Positions 51,542-64,000 of a stretch of 64,000 nucleotides of DNA are shown one piece after another. The notes beneath the pieces were generated by a model. The model saw only the letters and a program-made list of their open reading frames with translations, was not told the DNA's origin and did not search any database. The translations under genes were made by a program, and so were the position numbers. Every line of letters begins with the position of its first letter. Position 1 is the stretch's first letter. The DNA is from Octopus bimaculoides (Eukaryota), in the NCBI RefSeq assembly GCF_001194135.2, contig NC_068990.1, positions 72,799,465 to 72,863,464 on the forward strand. The letters run 5' to 3'.

Positions 51542-52428
51542 NNNNNNNNNNNNNNNNNNNNNNNNNNNNNNNNNNNNNNNNNNNNNNNNNNNNNNNNNNN
51601 NNNNNNNNNNNNNNNNNNNNNNNNNNNNNNNNNNNNNNNNNNNNNNNNNNNNNNNNNNNNNNNNNNNNNNNNNNNNNNNNNNNNNNNNNNNNNNNNNNNN
51701 NNNNNNNNNNNNNNNNNNNNNNNNNNNNNNNNNNNNNNNNNNNNNNNNNNNNNNNNNNNNNNNNNNNNNNNNNNNNNNNNNNNNNNNNNNNNNNNNNNNN
51801 NNNNNNNNNNNNNNNNNNNNNNNNNNNNNNNNNNNNNNNNNNNNNNNNNNNNNNNNNNNNNNNNNNNNNNNNNNNNNNNNNNNNNNNNNNNNNNNNNNNN
51901 NNNNNNNNNNNNNNNNNNNNNNNNNNNNNNNNNNNNNNNNNNNNNNNNNNNNNNNNNNNNNNNNNNNNNNNNNNNNNNNNNNNNNNNNNNNNNNNNNNNN
52001 NNNNNNNNNNNNNNNNNNNNNNNNNNNNNNNNNNNNNNNNNNNNNNNNNNNNNNNNNNNNNNNNNNNNNNNNNNNNNNNNNNNNNNNNNNNNNNNNNNNN
52101 NNNNNNNNNNNNNNNNNNNNNNNNNNNNNNNNNNNNNNNNNNNNNNNNNNNNNNNNNNNNNNNNNNNNNNNNNNNNNNNNNNNNNNNNNNNNNNNNNNNN
52201 NNNNNNNNNNNNNNNNNNNNNNNNNNNNNNNNNNNNNNNNNNNNNNNNNNNNNNNNNNNNNNNNNNNNNNNNNNNNNNNNNNNNNNNNNNNNNNNNNNNN
52301 NNNNNNNNNNNNNNNNNNNNNNNNNNNNNNNNNNNNNNNNNNNNNNNNNNNNNNNNNNNNNNNNNNNNNNNNNNNNNNNNNNNNNNNNNNNNNNNNNNNN
52401 NNNNNNNNNNNNNNNNNNNNNNNNNNNN
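51542..52428. other. Assembly gap (N) next to (TA)n
   Basis: N run. The long X-filled ORFs here are artefacts. Confidence 1.
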
Positions 52429-52479
<51 letters not shown>

Positions 52480-55086
52480 TGCTTTTGTTTTTCTATGTAT
52501 AAAATCATCACAGTGCTTAGACTGGGAAACAGTAACAGGTTTGCAATATGCTTCAGTATCAACATCATTATTATTTATTTTCGATAAGCTCATTTTTTAA
52601 CTGTATGCCTGTTTGTGTGTAATATATAAATACATGTGTGTGTGTGTGTGCGTGTGTGCGTAATACATACATATGTTTGCGTGTATATGCATGCATGTGC
52701 ACATGTGTAACTATAGTCTGAACATTAAATGCTCTGAAAAGTTCATTCATCAAAGTGAACTCTGAGATACAACAGCAACATTTTTTTGCATTTTACAGAG
52801 TAGCAACAGTAGTAGTAATAATAGAAGTAGTAGCAGTAATAAAAGTCTTTTGTTAAAATTATACATAAATGAAACTTAAGACAAATGAGAAACAAACAAA
52901 CTTTATATCTGACGGCCAACGTAACAGAAAACTATAACGATCGTAAACTACCTGACTTCAAGCTGTATGATAAATAATTCAAAATAATGAGATGCCTATA
53001 AAAAAAAATGTAGTGATTTTGTTAGCATATAAATATTGTTGTGCCTCAGTTCTTCTACTTCATAAGGATACCAAATATTAAAATTAGTAAGCCTCTATTG
53101 AATACAATGTATGTTTATTATTAATCTTTAAATTTTCTTTCTGACAAAAATGAATATAAAATATCACTTTAGAATTAAGGAGAACCACTTAACTTTATAT
53201 TTAAAATTAGTGAATGAAATTTACTTTTTTTTAAAAAAAGAAATATTGAAATTTTATTCTAATGGGAAATTGATTTTTAAAGCATCTCTAGATTTTAATC
53301 AATTTCTCTTTTTGTTTTGTTTCTATTTCCCTTTTTTTAATTTTTATAATTTTTTTTTTTTTCAGTGCAGATATTGAGGGACATATTGGTATGTATCTTA
53401 ATTATTGCAAAACTTTCAAAAGAATGTTATATATCAAGTAGAAAAAGTGCAGAAAGTTGAATATGGAAAGGTAAATTAGAGTTAGACTATGGAGAAATTT
53501 TAAATGTTGCAGTTAAATTGGATCATTTTGTTGAAATGAAAATGGTTAAGAGTGAATAGGAAGAACTTGTTCAGAAGATACTTCTAACTCATATCAGTGT
53601 AGGAAACTTGTAAAAGTGGTGAGGAAGAATTTACAAAATGACTTGATGCATCTGGTGTGTTTCTAAAGTGCAAAACATTTAAACTTACATACACAATAAA
53701 TACAAATTTTAATAGGACACAAAGGTGTTTAAAGACATAAGTAAAATGACTGACGAAGCCTCACAAAGTGTAACTACTAGATACAGATGTCAAAAGCTTT
53801 ATGGCAACTGATTGATGTAATATCTTGAATATCTAAAATTATTACAAGTAGAAAAGGAAAACAAAAATAATCCTATGGAAAGTAGTTTTCTTGCAATAAA
53901 ATAAAAATAAAGTCACATTTACATTTTATCCATTTAAATTACAACTATAAATTTTACTTTTTTTTTAAACTAGAAACATCTTGGATTTCAAATTCAAAGA
54001 TTAATGAAGTAGAGCAAAATAATTCCACATAAAATTTATCAACTAAATTATTTCAATTCTTTATCATATTATTCAAGTGGATTAAAATTAATTCATGACA
54101 AAACTATATAATCTATGAAGAGCAGCCACCATGAATTCTTCAACAACAAATAGACAGATAAACTCCTCAAAAAAAAAAGAAAAAGCCAGCACCAGAAATA
54201 TTAGCAATACTACCACAAGAATAACAATAAAAATATATCAACATTAAAAAAGAAAAAAAAATGAAGTTAATAGAAACTTGGAGCAGATTTTAGTAATTGT
54301 TACAACAACAATAATGATTTTAACCCCTATGTCATGATCAATAAACTTTTCAAGGTATTTCTATTAAAATGGTGTATAAATAGAACACTTATTAATACAA
54401 TTTCCTTTCTATTTCTAGTTGGCCTTTATCTACAAAATCAAAACTATGTATAAAATATCTATAAGTATTTTAAGTAGAATTGTTTTAGTCTGTATGTGTG
54501 TGTTCTGATCAAAATATATTTCACACTGTAGAAATTAAATTTAAAGAAAATACACTACAAAGTAAAATGAATATTTAACACACTGAAATCAAAAGAACGT
54601 TTTCATTAATGTCATAGTTATGGTTTTACCTTCACATAAATATATAACTTGTTAAAACAGCTCCTGTTCTCAGAAAATATTTCTGAAAGTAAGGATTCAC
54701 TTAAAGGTTTTTTTCAATAGCCACTTCTCAGAAACTTTCACTTTAATGAATAATTTTCCAAATGATTCATACCAATGCAGAAAAACAGTTTAAATGTATG
54801 CATGAAATTGTTAATTTAGAAGGAAGTAAATAAATGTAATCAACAAAGGACTTTAAACTCTCTGCCGATTATAATATTTGATAGTTTTGTAGAAAGAATA
54901 ATAGGAGATTTTGAATTATGAATTTATTTCCTAAATCAAAAAACTTTTGCCTGCATGAAAAATTTTGTTCATTTTAGGCAAATGAAATAACTATTTTGAT
55001 CACTGTCTTGAAATTCTTTCAGTATTTAAGTTGTTTGGCTCATAAAATTATGGAATGACAGAGATAAAAAACTTAAAGAAATTACA

Positions 55087-55125
<39 letters not shown>

Positions 55126-58100
55126 TACACAGAGACATCCAAACACAGATACACAAATGCACACACACACAAACAGAGAACTACATGCATACAAGCATAC
55201 ATACAGACACAGATATACACACATGCATATATACACATACTGATACAGACTTGCATTTACTTACTTTGGAGCAAAACTTAAAACCCAAAGATGTCTGGAA
55301 TATCCCTTTCACAACTAAGACTTTCTTTGAAAGGAATAATATATACATGCAAAAAGTTACATGTTTAAATATCTTTATATATATATTTTTTTTTATGTGT
55401 GTGTGTGTGTGTAATTTAAATCATTTCATGATATTTAAGCAACATGTTTAAGCAGAAATAGAGAAAGTTCCATATTCCTCAGAACAAAGAACTGGATGTG
55501 TAGACTACTAGGAGATGATTTTGAAAGAGACATCAAACTTGAGTAGAGGAGAGAAAGAAATGTATTAAAAAAAAGAGCAATGTTATATTTAAGGTGAGGC
55601 TAGATGCAATCAAAGCGATGTAAATTCTTCCTCTCAAACTAATGATGTGAGTAAAGCCAACTATGCTATAATTTGAAAATAAGACAGATTTACATTTTTT
55701 TTTTTTTCGTTTCACACCCTCTATGTCAATACCTGAAAGCTATTTCTCGATGTTGTAGTTATGATATTAAGTAAATGTCATAATAATCTTTAGACAAAAG
55801 GACTCTGTGAAAGTAGCCTCAGGTAGATTTGTTAAGGTGGAACTACCAGGGAATATTAATTAAACTAAGTTCAGTCTGCTATGTATACCTTGCAATTTCT
55901 GTGCATTTTGAAGTAAATGTGTAGGAATAATTAAAACAACATAGCAAATGTACAGCAAACTGCTAAAGTTCTGTATCATTTACACACTATTTTTGCTTAA
56001 ATTATTCAAAGTCATTACTGTCTTGGATGATTGTTTTTTGTTTTTGTTTTCCTTTTCTTCATCTCTGAAAGCTTCTAGTAACTTTAACAAGATCAATAAG
56101 ATATCTAAGACTGTACATAATTCAATTTTTAAACAGAATTACAGATCTTTAAAAAAGAAAAAAACAAAACTGTCATTCACAGGTTAATGAATAATAATAA
56201 AAAAAAAATATGTCAACGATTTGGTGTTGAAAATAATTTTGAAGTATTTTGTAATATTAAAGAGCCATTTTGTGATGTTACATATGATAAAGTTAGAAAG
56301 CTTATTAAAATTATAATTAAAAAAAATAAAGCTAATTAAAATTAATACCTTCACAACATGTTTCAAAAAATCTGCGATTACTATTTTAAAGGTAAAGAAT
56401 GTCGAGGAAAAAAATTTATATTTAAGCACACCATAGAATGTATAAGAAATCTATAATTTTTATGTTTTATCTTCCTCAATCATTCATTGAGACTAAAAAC
56501 AGTATTTCATGAGACAGCTGTAACATTAATACAACAAACCTTAATATTCCAGTTTGTATTAGATGATATAACACTGAATACATTCGGGACAAATGAAAGA
56601 ATATTAATTTTTACATAAACATATGAAGCATTTCAATAGTCTTTCTATCCTTTTTTTTTTCTTTTTTTCCTTTTTTTATAAGTGTTTCATGAAGTCATGC
56701 TTAGATTGTATATGTTCTAGAGGAGACTACAGCAACAATGTATAAGTAAGCAGCAGTAGAAGCAGTATCAATACATCAATCAAAACATACTTATCAGCAA
56801 TGTTCTCTTGCAGATGTGTATGTGTGTGCGTGTATGCTTTCTTATGTAAACTTAAAATGCTCTGGTGATCATATTTCAAACAAAGTATACTACCTGCTGT
56901 GTATTATAGTTAATTTAATAATTAAATAAACTTGAATACGGAAGGGTTTAGCTAAATAACTTTTATTTGATTAAGATAAGATTTCAGACACAGGAACCAG
57001 TTTTTAGTGTTATGATTGAAGGTTTGTTACTTGACTATTAACACTTGAAAACTGGAGGTTTTGCATTATAAAACCTAAGGCTGTCAGACAGCCTTAAAAG
57101 AGTACTGTCAAAAGGGCCGAACGCTTCAGTTTAAATGAGGCATAGAATAATTTGTGAAGCATAGTGTGATGTCTTACAAGCAATAAGGTGGGACGAAATT
57201 GAAATGATAAATATTTAATACAGAGGGACAAGTGCTCTTTTCCAAATTCATCATCTTAAAACAGTTTCAATTAAAAGAATATTTACAAAACAAATAAATG
57301 GCAAAATAAGCCAGACAGTATTTAAAATCATCACAACTTTATTTACTGCAGTTTTTTTGTTTAAGTTTTCTTTTGAAAAGACAAAAGACAGTTAGTTGTT
57401 TTCTTTTTGAAATTTAGACAAATTATACAAAATTCCTGTTAATTTGTACATGTTTAAAGTTCTAGTAAAATCTACAGCTGGTATTATTAAGTTAATAATT
57501 AGCTTCTTCTTTCATCTGTGGCAACTTATATACAGTGAAACAAAAAAATTTTTCATAAGCTTTCATAGCAGAAACTAATTGGCTAAACTCAAACAAACAC
57601 TCTTAATTACTGGAAAAATAACAATAAAATATTTTTTTAAAAAATATAACAACCATAAATTCCCTTTTATTCATTTTAAATGGCAAGATGGTTAACATTA
57701 AAACTGCCAAGCTCATAAACCGAAAGAAAAGCACAGGATTTGTTAAGATATAGAAATTTTACATTTGTGTTTGTATATTTTTTTTTTAATGGAAACTAAA
57801 CACATCATCAGAAACAAATTTACTAAATACAAGTTGAAGATTTAATTAACCATTTTCAGGTGAAATAGAATCAATCTCATCAGAATTATTCAAGTTTTCA
57901 ATGATGATAAATTTTTCAAAGGAAACAAAATGCAAGGACAGAAAACAATGACATATTAGCGATGTGTAAGAAATACATCTGTTGCTATTTCTTTAATCAC
58001 ACTATTTCTAATGTATTGTTATGTCTGATTCCTCTTAGGTATGAAAGAGACTGCTTCATAAATAAATAGTTTCAGCTAGTTTTTGTTTGGTTTTTTTAAT

Positions 58101-58219
58101 ATTACAGAGTAAACTAAATATTTTTTTGCTTTTGTTTTTGCTTTGTTTTGTTTTATCTTCATAAAATATTGCATTTCAAAGGTAAAAGCGAGTAGTTTAC
58201 ATCCTTCTGATTATTTATC

Positions 58220-58560
58220 TTTTCTTTACATTTTACTTGTTTCAGTGACTGGTCTGTGGCCATGCTGAGGCACCATTTATTTTTTTTTTAAAGCCTGGTA
58301 CTTATTCTATCAGTCTCTTCTGCCAGATTGCTAAGTTGTGGAGATATAAAAAGCCACCACCAACTGTCAAGCAGTGGTGGAGGACAAACACAAACACAAA
58401 CACACATACATACGACGGGCTTCTTTCAGTTTCTGTCTACCAAATCCACTCAGAAGGCTTTGGTTGGCCCATAGCTATAGTAAAAACACTTGCCCAAGGT
58501 GCCACACATTGGAACCTAGTGGTTGGAAAGAAAACTTCTTACCACAAAATCATGCCTGCG
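58220..58560 (-). mobile_element. SINE family A, near full length
   Basis: Tail 'ttttacttgtttcagt' through the head 'accacaaaatcatgcctgcg'. Confidence 0.8.
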
Positions 58561-58829
58561 TTTAATACATTAAATTACTACATTCCAAACAAAATGTTTC
58601 TACTTAAAATTTGTAAAAATTGTAAAATTTTACTGACACACATACAATAATAGTACAGCCTAAATACAGAGATAGTAAAAAGATATAAAAATCAAGTATT
58701 TATTTGCATTTAAAATTGTAATTATTGTAATAAAATGACTTAACTTAAAATTGTTAACAATCTTATGAAAGTATGAGCTTGAAAGAAATCTCTCCCGAAA
58801 TAAGATTTGTGGTTTTTGATGTAACTAAG

Positions 58830-58975
58830 AAACTTATTGTTAATAATTTGGATAGCAGATTGACAGGATCATTAGTGAAGATTTCTTCTCTGTGTTCAGA
58901 GTTCAAATCCTACCAAGGTCATTTTATGTTTCATTCTTCCATGGTTGATAAAATAAACTACCAGTTAAATAAATA
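58830..58975 (+). mobile_element. SINE family B, diverged
   Basis: 'gttcagagttcaaatcctaccaaggtc...ttcattcttccatggttgataaaataaactaccagtt'. Confidence 0.6.
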
Positions 58976-59087
58976 TTGAAGTTAATGGTGTAAACCAGTG
59001 ATTCTCAACCAGAGCTCATATGGTTCTTGGGGGTCCATACAAAATTTTATTGTTAAAATCTATATACAATAAATTGGTTATATTTCT

Positions 59088-59380
59088 ACTTCTGCTATAG
59101 TCTTGGGCCAACCAAAGCCTTGTGAGTAGATTTGGTAGATAGAAACTGAAAGAAGCCCATCATATATATATGTGTGGTTGTGTGTGTTACTGTGTCTGTT
59201 TAATCTTCCACCTCTGCTTCACAACTAGTGTTAGTATTTACTTTTACATTCTTGTAACTTAGCGGTCCAGCAAAAGAGATTAATAGAATAAATACCAGGT
59301 TCAAAGAAAAACAAGTACTGGGGTCATTCCATTTGACTAAAAATTCAAGATAGTGCCGCAGGATGGCCATAGTCTAATGT
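59088..59380 (+). mobile_element. SINE family A, 5'-truncated
   Basis: 'ctatagtcttgggccaaccaaagccttgtgagtagatttggtagatagaaactgaaagaagccc'. Confidence 0.75.
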
Positions 59381-59384
59381 GGAG

Positions 59385-59780
59385 AAAATGCTTATAGGCA
59401 TTTCTTCCACCTTTACATTTCAAGTTCAAATTCCTCCAAGATCAACTTTAGATTTCACCCTTTCAGTGTCAATAAAATACGTACCAGTCAGGTACTGGGG
59501 TCAATGTAATCAACAAATCCCACTCTCCCAAAATTTCCTTGTGCCTATAGTAGAAAACATTATCACAGATGGTGGAATGGCAAAATCGTTAGAATGTCAC
59601 AAAAAATGCCCGGTGGTGTTGTATTTCTCACATTTTACATTCTGAGTTCAAATCCTGTTGATGTCAACTTTGTTTTTCATCCCAGTGGGGGTCAATAAAA
59701 TTGAGTACCTGTCAAGTACTGGGTATTGACTAACTCCCTTTGCTGGCATTGTGCCTAAGTCAGAAACCATTATTATTATC
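59385..59780 (+). mobile_element. Two tandem SINE family B copies
   Basis: About 59385-59565 and 59568-59780. Each ends ...ttgtgcct...gaaa.cattat. Confidence 0.7.
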
Positions 59781-59792
59781 AGCATTATTTCA

Positions 59793-59929
59793 CCTTTAAG
59801 CAGTCAGATTATTCTGTCATATATAATGCTCATAAACACACCCTGTCTTGAATAAATAAATCATGCATAATCACATAGCTATTCCGTTAGAATATCTGGG
59901 CTGGATATGCCGGTTTAAATGTTAAAGGG
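59793..59929 (-). mobile_element. piggyBac-type MITE, internally deleted
   Basis: 'cagattattctgtca...ccggtttaaatgttaaaggg|ttaa'. Confidence 0.7.
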
Positions 59930-60697
59930 TTAAGGGATGATACCACAGTAGATCTGCAGATGTTTGATGCAACAGAGCACAACAGATTTTTTTTTTCAAT
60001 CCTTTGATAGCAAATATCAGAGTTCAACTCATTCTAGGATTTGATAAAAAGAAACAAATAAAATGAAAAGTATATTGCAAATTATTTTATTAAATTGTAA
60101 ACTCCCTTATTATTTCATACGATCACATCCACAAAAACATTTTCACATATTTCTATGCATTTTTTACATGATTAACAAATTTATAACTAACAATGAAAAA
60201 AGTACAAAGCATTGCCTTTTTTTTTTTTTAGCTAAAACTTTAAATGTGCAAGCAACGAAAGATATTCCACAAGATAGTATGATTTTAAATGCCTATTAAA
60301 ACCAGCTATCTAATTTCAAATTATACTATAAGAGGATCACAAAGCTATTTAAAAACTTACAGGCAACTTCAATGAATTCTTTCACGGAATTTAAGACATT
60401 TTTAATTCAGCTGTTAGAATAAATTGTGACAATTGAAATAAATATCAAAAAAGAAAAGCAACAATGAAGGAATTATAATGTTACAATTATTCTGTAATGT
60501 TTTTCAAAAATTGTAAACGTAGTTTTATACAATAACCTATTGAATCTATTTTACTTGCAGTAACGAGTGTGTGTGTGTGTGTGGCTGTGTGTATATAAGT
60601 ACACATGTTCATTTGTGTGTGTATAAAATCAGGTGGTGCTTATGAATAATTTATAATGTAATTTACATACATGTATGTATATATATATATATATGGG

Positions 60698-60751
<54 letters not shown>

Positions 60752-61164
60752 GCAAACCCAAAATATACATTATTTACAAACATAGGTACATACAGAGATT
60801 TGATGTCGCAACATGTACAGACATATAGAGATATATTATATTTGCTAGAGGCAAATTCCAACATTAATAAATATGTCTCAATTGAATGAGTTTGATTAAG
60901 CGGTTATTACATTTTAACAACAGACTGATGATGGTAATGGAACTTACACAAGTTCTAGAAGTGCCTGAAGTAAGCAGACCCAGAAATGAATGCACATGTG
61001 TCTTTTCCCATATACATGCATATGTGCATTAGTGTGTGTGTGCTTGCACATGCATATGTGGATGGGAGTACATGTGAATTTATAAGTGTGTGTGTGTGTG
61101 TGTATGTAAGCACATACACACAAACACACTCATAACACACACACACATAACACACAGAGGATGC

Positions 61165-62024
61165 AATGAGTAAATTGTCACCATATTATATTATTAATTT
61201 CGCAAATGTGCAATGTTTGTTTTTGATTTTCTTAACAGTATAGTAAGGTCAGTTGGTCACCATCTGTGAGAAAAACAGTACCATGATACATTTCAGTCTG
61301 CCAGAAATTTGGAAACGTCATGCTGTACTGCTTGGCATTTGCACCAAGAGCTCTAAAATGCTAGGAGCTCCAATATATGCCAGGAGCTCCAATACACACC
61401 AGGAGCTCCAATACACACTGGTAGCTCCACTACGCACTGGGAGCTCAAAACATTTCAGAGTGCTTGGGTGTCAATCTGAGCAAAGAACAATTTGAAGACA
61501 TGCACTGGGAGTGATAAAAATCAAACATCCAGTCAACATCATGGTGTTTGGAGAGAACACTAGTGATGGTAATGTTATGCTTCCATTCATCATCCCACAC
61601 AGCCTCAGACTCAACGCGGAGGTCTACGTCAAGTGCCTTGAAGAGGTAGTGCTGTTGTGGGTGAAGAGGGTGGCTGCTGAAAGACCCTATGTTTGACAAA
61701 AGAACTCTGTACCATGCCACATAAGCAAGAGAACCCAGTCATGGCTGTCAGAAAATTTTTGCGACCACACCACCCCTAACATTTGGCCACCTAACTCCCC
61801 ACACTGCAACATCCTTGATTACATGTGGGGCGCAGTTGAGTGAGAGACCAACAAACTCCTTGCAACACCAAAGATGAACTGAAGCCAAAGATTATGGCAG
61901 CATTCACCAACTTAAACAAGGAGACCATCCAGAAGAGTTGCAAGATATTCCAAAGTTGTGTGGAGGCCTTGGTTGAATCCAATGGTGATTTTATTGAATA
62001 AATTTACTCTTTAGTATTTCAAGG

Positions 62025-62025
<1 letters not shown>
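61165..62025 (+). mobile_element. maT (DD37D) Tc1/mariner element, defective
   Basis: PEIWKRHAVLLGI...KIKHPVNIMVFG...PYV*QKNSVPCH...WPPNSPHCNILDY. Has a premature TGA, the second Asp reads Asn, and the right end is truncated at (CA)n. Confidence 0.85.
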
Positions 62026-62092
<67 letters not shown>

Positions 62093-62451
62093 TATGCACA
62101 GAAGAGAAACATATACTATACACATACACATATACAAATGTAGGCAGATATATATATATGTATATCAATATATATATATAAGAACACACATTTAATGTCA
62201 ACCTTTGCATATCTTCGTAAGTTAGACAAAGTTCACTGTGGCAAGTTTTCTACAGGTAGATACCCTTCCTCACACCAATAGTCACCTGTCTCCCAGGTAA
62301 TATTTCACCATTGCTGGACACGTTTACACAGATGATGCCAAAAGAAGGTCACTGCTATGTTGAACAGTGACACCCATTTAGAACTCTCATGTGATCTGAA
62401 GACAAGGAAACACAGACACACATAAACTAGTGTGTATGCATGTATATACAC

Positions 62452-62603
62452 AGGCATTGGTTGTGTGGCAAAAGGTTGCTTCTCAACCACATGGTTCCAG
62501 GTTCAGTCCCATTGCATGGCACCTTAGACAAGTGTCTATAGCCTCAGGCTGACTGAAGCCTTGTGAGTAGATTTGGCAGACAGAAACTGGAAGAAGTCCA
62601 TCG

Positions 62604-62606
<3 letters not shown>
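62452..62606 (+). mobile_element. SINE family A head, followed by an RTE-type tail (62641-62730, -)
   Basis: 'ggcattggttgtgtggcaaaaggttgcttctcaaccacatggttccaggttcagtccc'; (CAT)n then 'cgtttaacgtccactttccatgc'. Confidence 0.7.
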
Positions 62607-62642
<36 letters not shown>

Positions 62643-62730
62643 TCATCATCATCATCATCATCATCGTTTAACGTCCACTTTCCATGCTAGCATGGGTTGG
62701 ACAATTTGACTGAGGACTGGTGAAACCAGA

Positions 62731-62783
<53 letters not shown>

Positions 62784-63279
62784 ATATATATATATTTATA
62801 TAGATATATATGCATGCATTTATGTCTTTGTGTGTCTGTGTTTGTCCACCCACCATCACTTGACAACCCACGTACATGTACCTAAATGCATATACTCATC
62901 CACCCTCATTTCAAACACACATCCTCACCCATACATTCGCCAACAAATATATACATACCTGCATACACGCTCGCGCACACACTCTTACAAAAAAGGTTCA
63001 TACACACATCTACATATGCACATGTACAAGAAAATATAGGGCTAAAGGCAAAATACAGAAAAATGTGTAAAAAAAAGTGCAGAAGGTAAGCAATAAGAGT
63101 AAAACACATTTATATACGCACAAAATCGCATGCACGCACACACACGTCTATATACGCACATACCCGCACACACGCACACAGCCACATACGTGCACAAAAA
63201 ATTCCATATACACATCTATATACGCACAAGAAAAGTGCAGGGTGGAAGGTAGAATATGTATATATATACATATACATAT

Positions 63280-64000
63280 AAATTACGCAAAATGAAAATA
63301 ACACTGACATCTCATTTTAACAGATATATTTATCAAAATTACGTAAAGATATCTTGAAATACTAAAGAGTAAATTTATTCAATACAATCGCCATTGGCTT
63401 CAACCAAGGCTTTCTGTAACTCTTCTGGATGGTCATCTGGTTGTGAATGCTGCCTTAATCCTTGCCTTCAGTTTATCTTCGGTGTTACAAGGAGTTTTGT
63501 TGGTTTCTTGCTGAACTGCTCCCCACATATAATAATCAAGGGGCTTGCAGTGTGGGGAGTTAAGTGGCCATAGGTTGGGGTGATGAGGTCGCAGAAATTG
63601 TCTGACAGCCATGACTGGGTTCTCCTTCTTGTGTGGCATGGTGCAGAGTCCTGTTGCAAGACATAGGGTCTTCCAGCAGCCACCCTCTTGACCCACAGCA
63701 GCACTACCTGTTCAAGGCACTTCATGTAGACTTCTGTGTTGAATCTGAGGCCATGTGGAGAGATGAATGGAGGCATAATGTCGCCATCACTAGTGATCAC
63801 TCCAAACACCATGATGTTGACTGGATGTTTGATATTTATCACTCTCGGTACATGCCCTCAGATTGCACTATTCTTAGATTGACACTCACTCTGAAATGTT
63901 TGTATTGGAGCTTCCATAATGAATGCCAAGCAGTACAGTATGCTATTTCCAAATTTCTGACAGAGAGAATTACATCATGGTGCTGTCATTGTTACGCACA
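63280..64000 (-). mobile_element. maT (DD37D) element, defective, running off the window
   Basis: ORF 63468..63842 IKHPVNIMVFGVITSDGDIMPP...QQDSAPCH...; frameshifted continuation WPLNSPHCKPLDYYMWGAV. The QQD to PLD spacing is 37 residues when read in the frameshift-free partner copy. Confidence 0.88.

Noticed and set aside
33745-53388. Plus-strand microexon candidates (33745-33782, 49632-49658, 53366-53388)
   Set aside because: Good splice signals, but no coherent or recognisable product. They illustrate the chance background for exon calls.
60924-60965. Filamin-like TDDGNGTYT peptide on +
   Set aside because: Nine residues only, followed by a stop.

Overview
AT-rich eukaryotic draft-assembly DNA with six N-gaps and dense (CA)n, (TA)n, (TAA)n, (GA)n and (GAT)n microsatellites. 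The SINE, RTE-tail and maT families match my recollection of Octopus (probably O. bimaculoides); this assignment is inference. I recognise no intact protein-coding gene, RNA gene or CRISPR array. Most ORFs in the supplied track are microsatellite, low-complexity or N-gap artefacts. The window is mostly intron-like or intergenic DNA full of transposon relics: three tRNA-headed SINE families, RTE tails, five TTAA/piggyBac-type MITEs, a piggyBac deletion derivative, a mariner fossil, two inverted DD37D (maT) copies, an internally deleted L1-Tx1, a Helentron-associated HINE, and probable Penelope and RTE/CR1 RT fossils. The most interesting signals are three. First, a consensus zero-length-exon (recursive splicing) motif at 38450 on the minus strand, inside a tentative phase-compatible chain of small minus-strand exons. 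Second, a 93-bp tandem repeat that stays open in one frame and continues an upstream frame behind a strong splice acceptor. Third, inverted TE pairs that could form dsRNA substrates for A-to-I editing. Exon calls are near chance level for AT-rich DNA and need RNA-seq.
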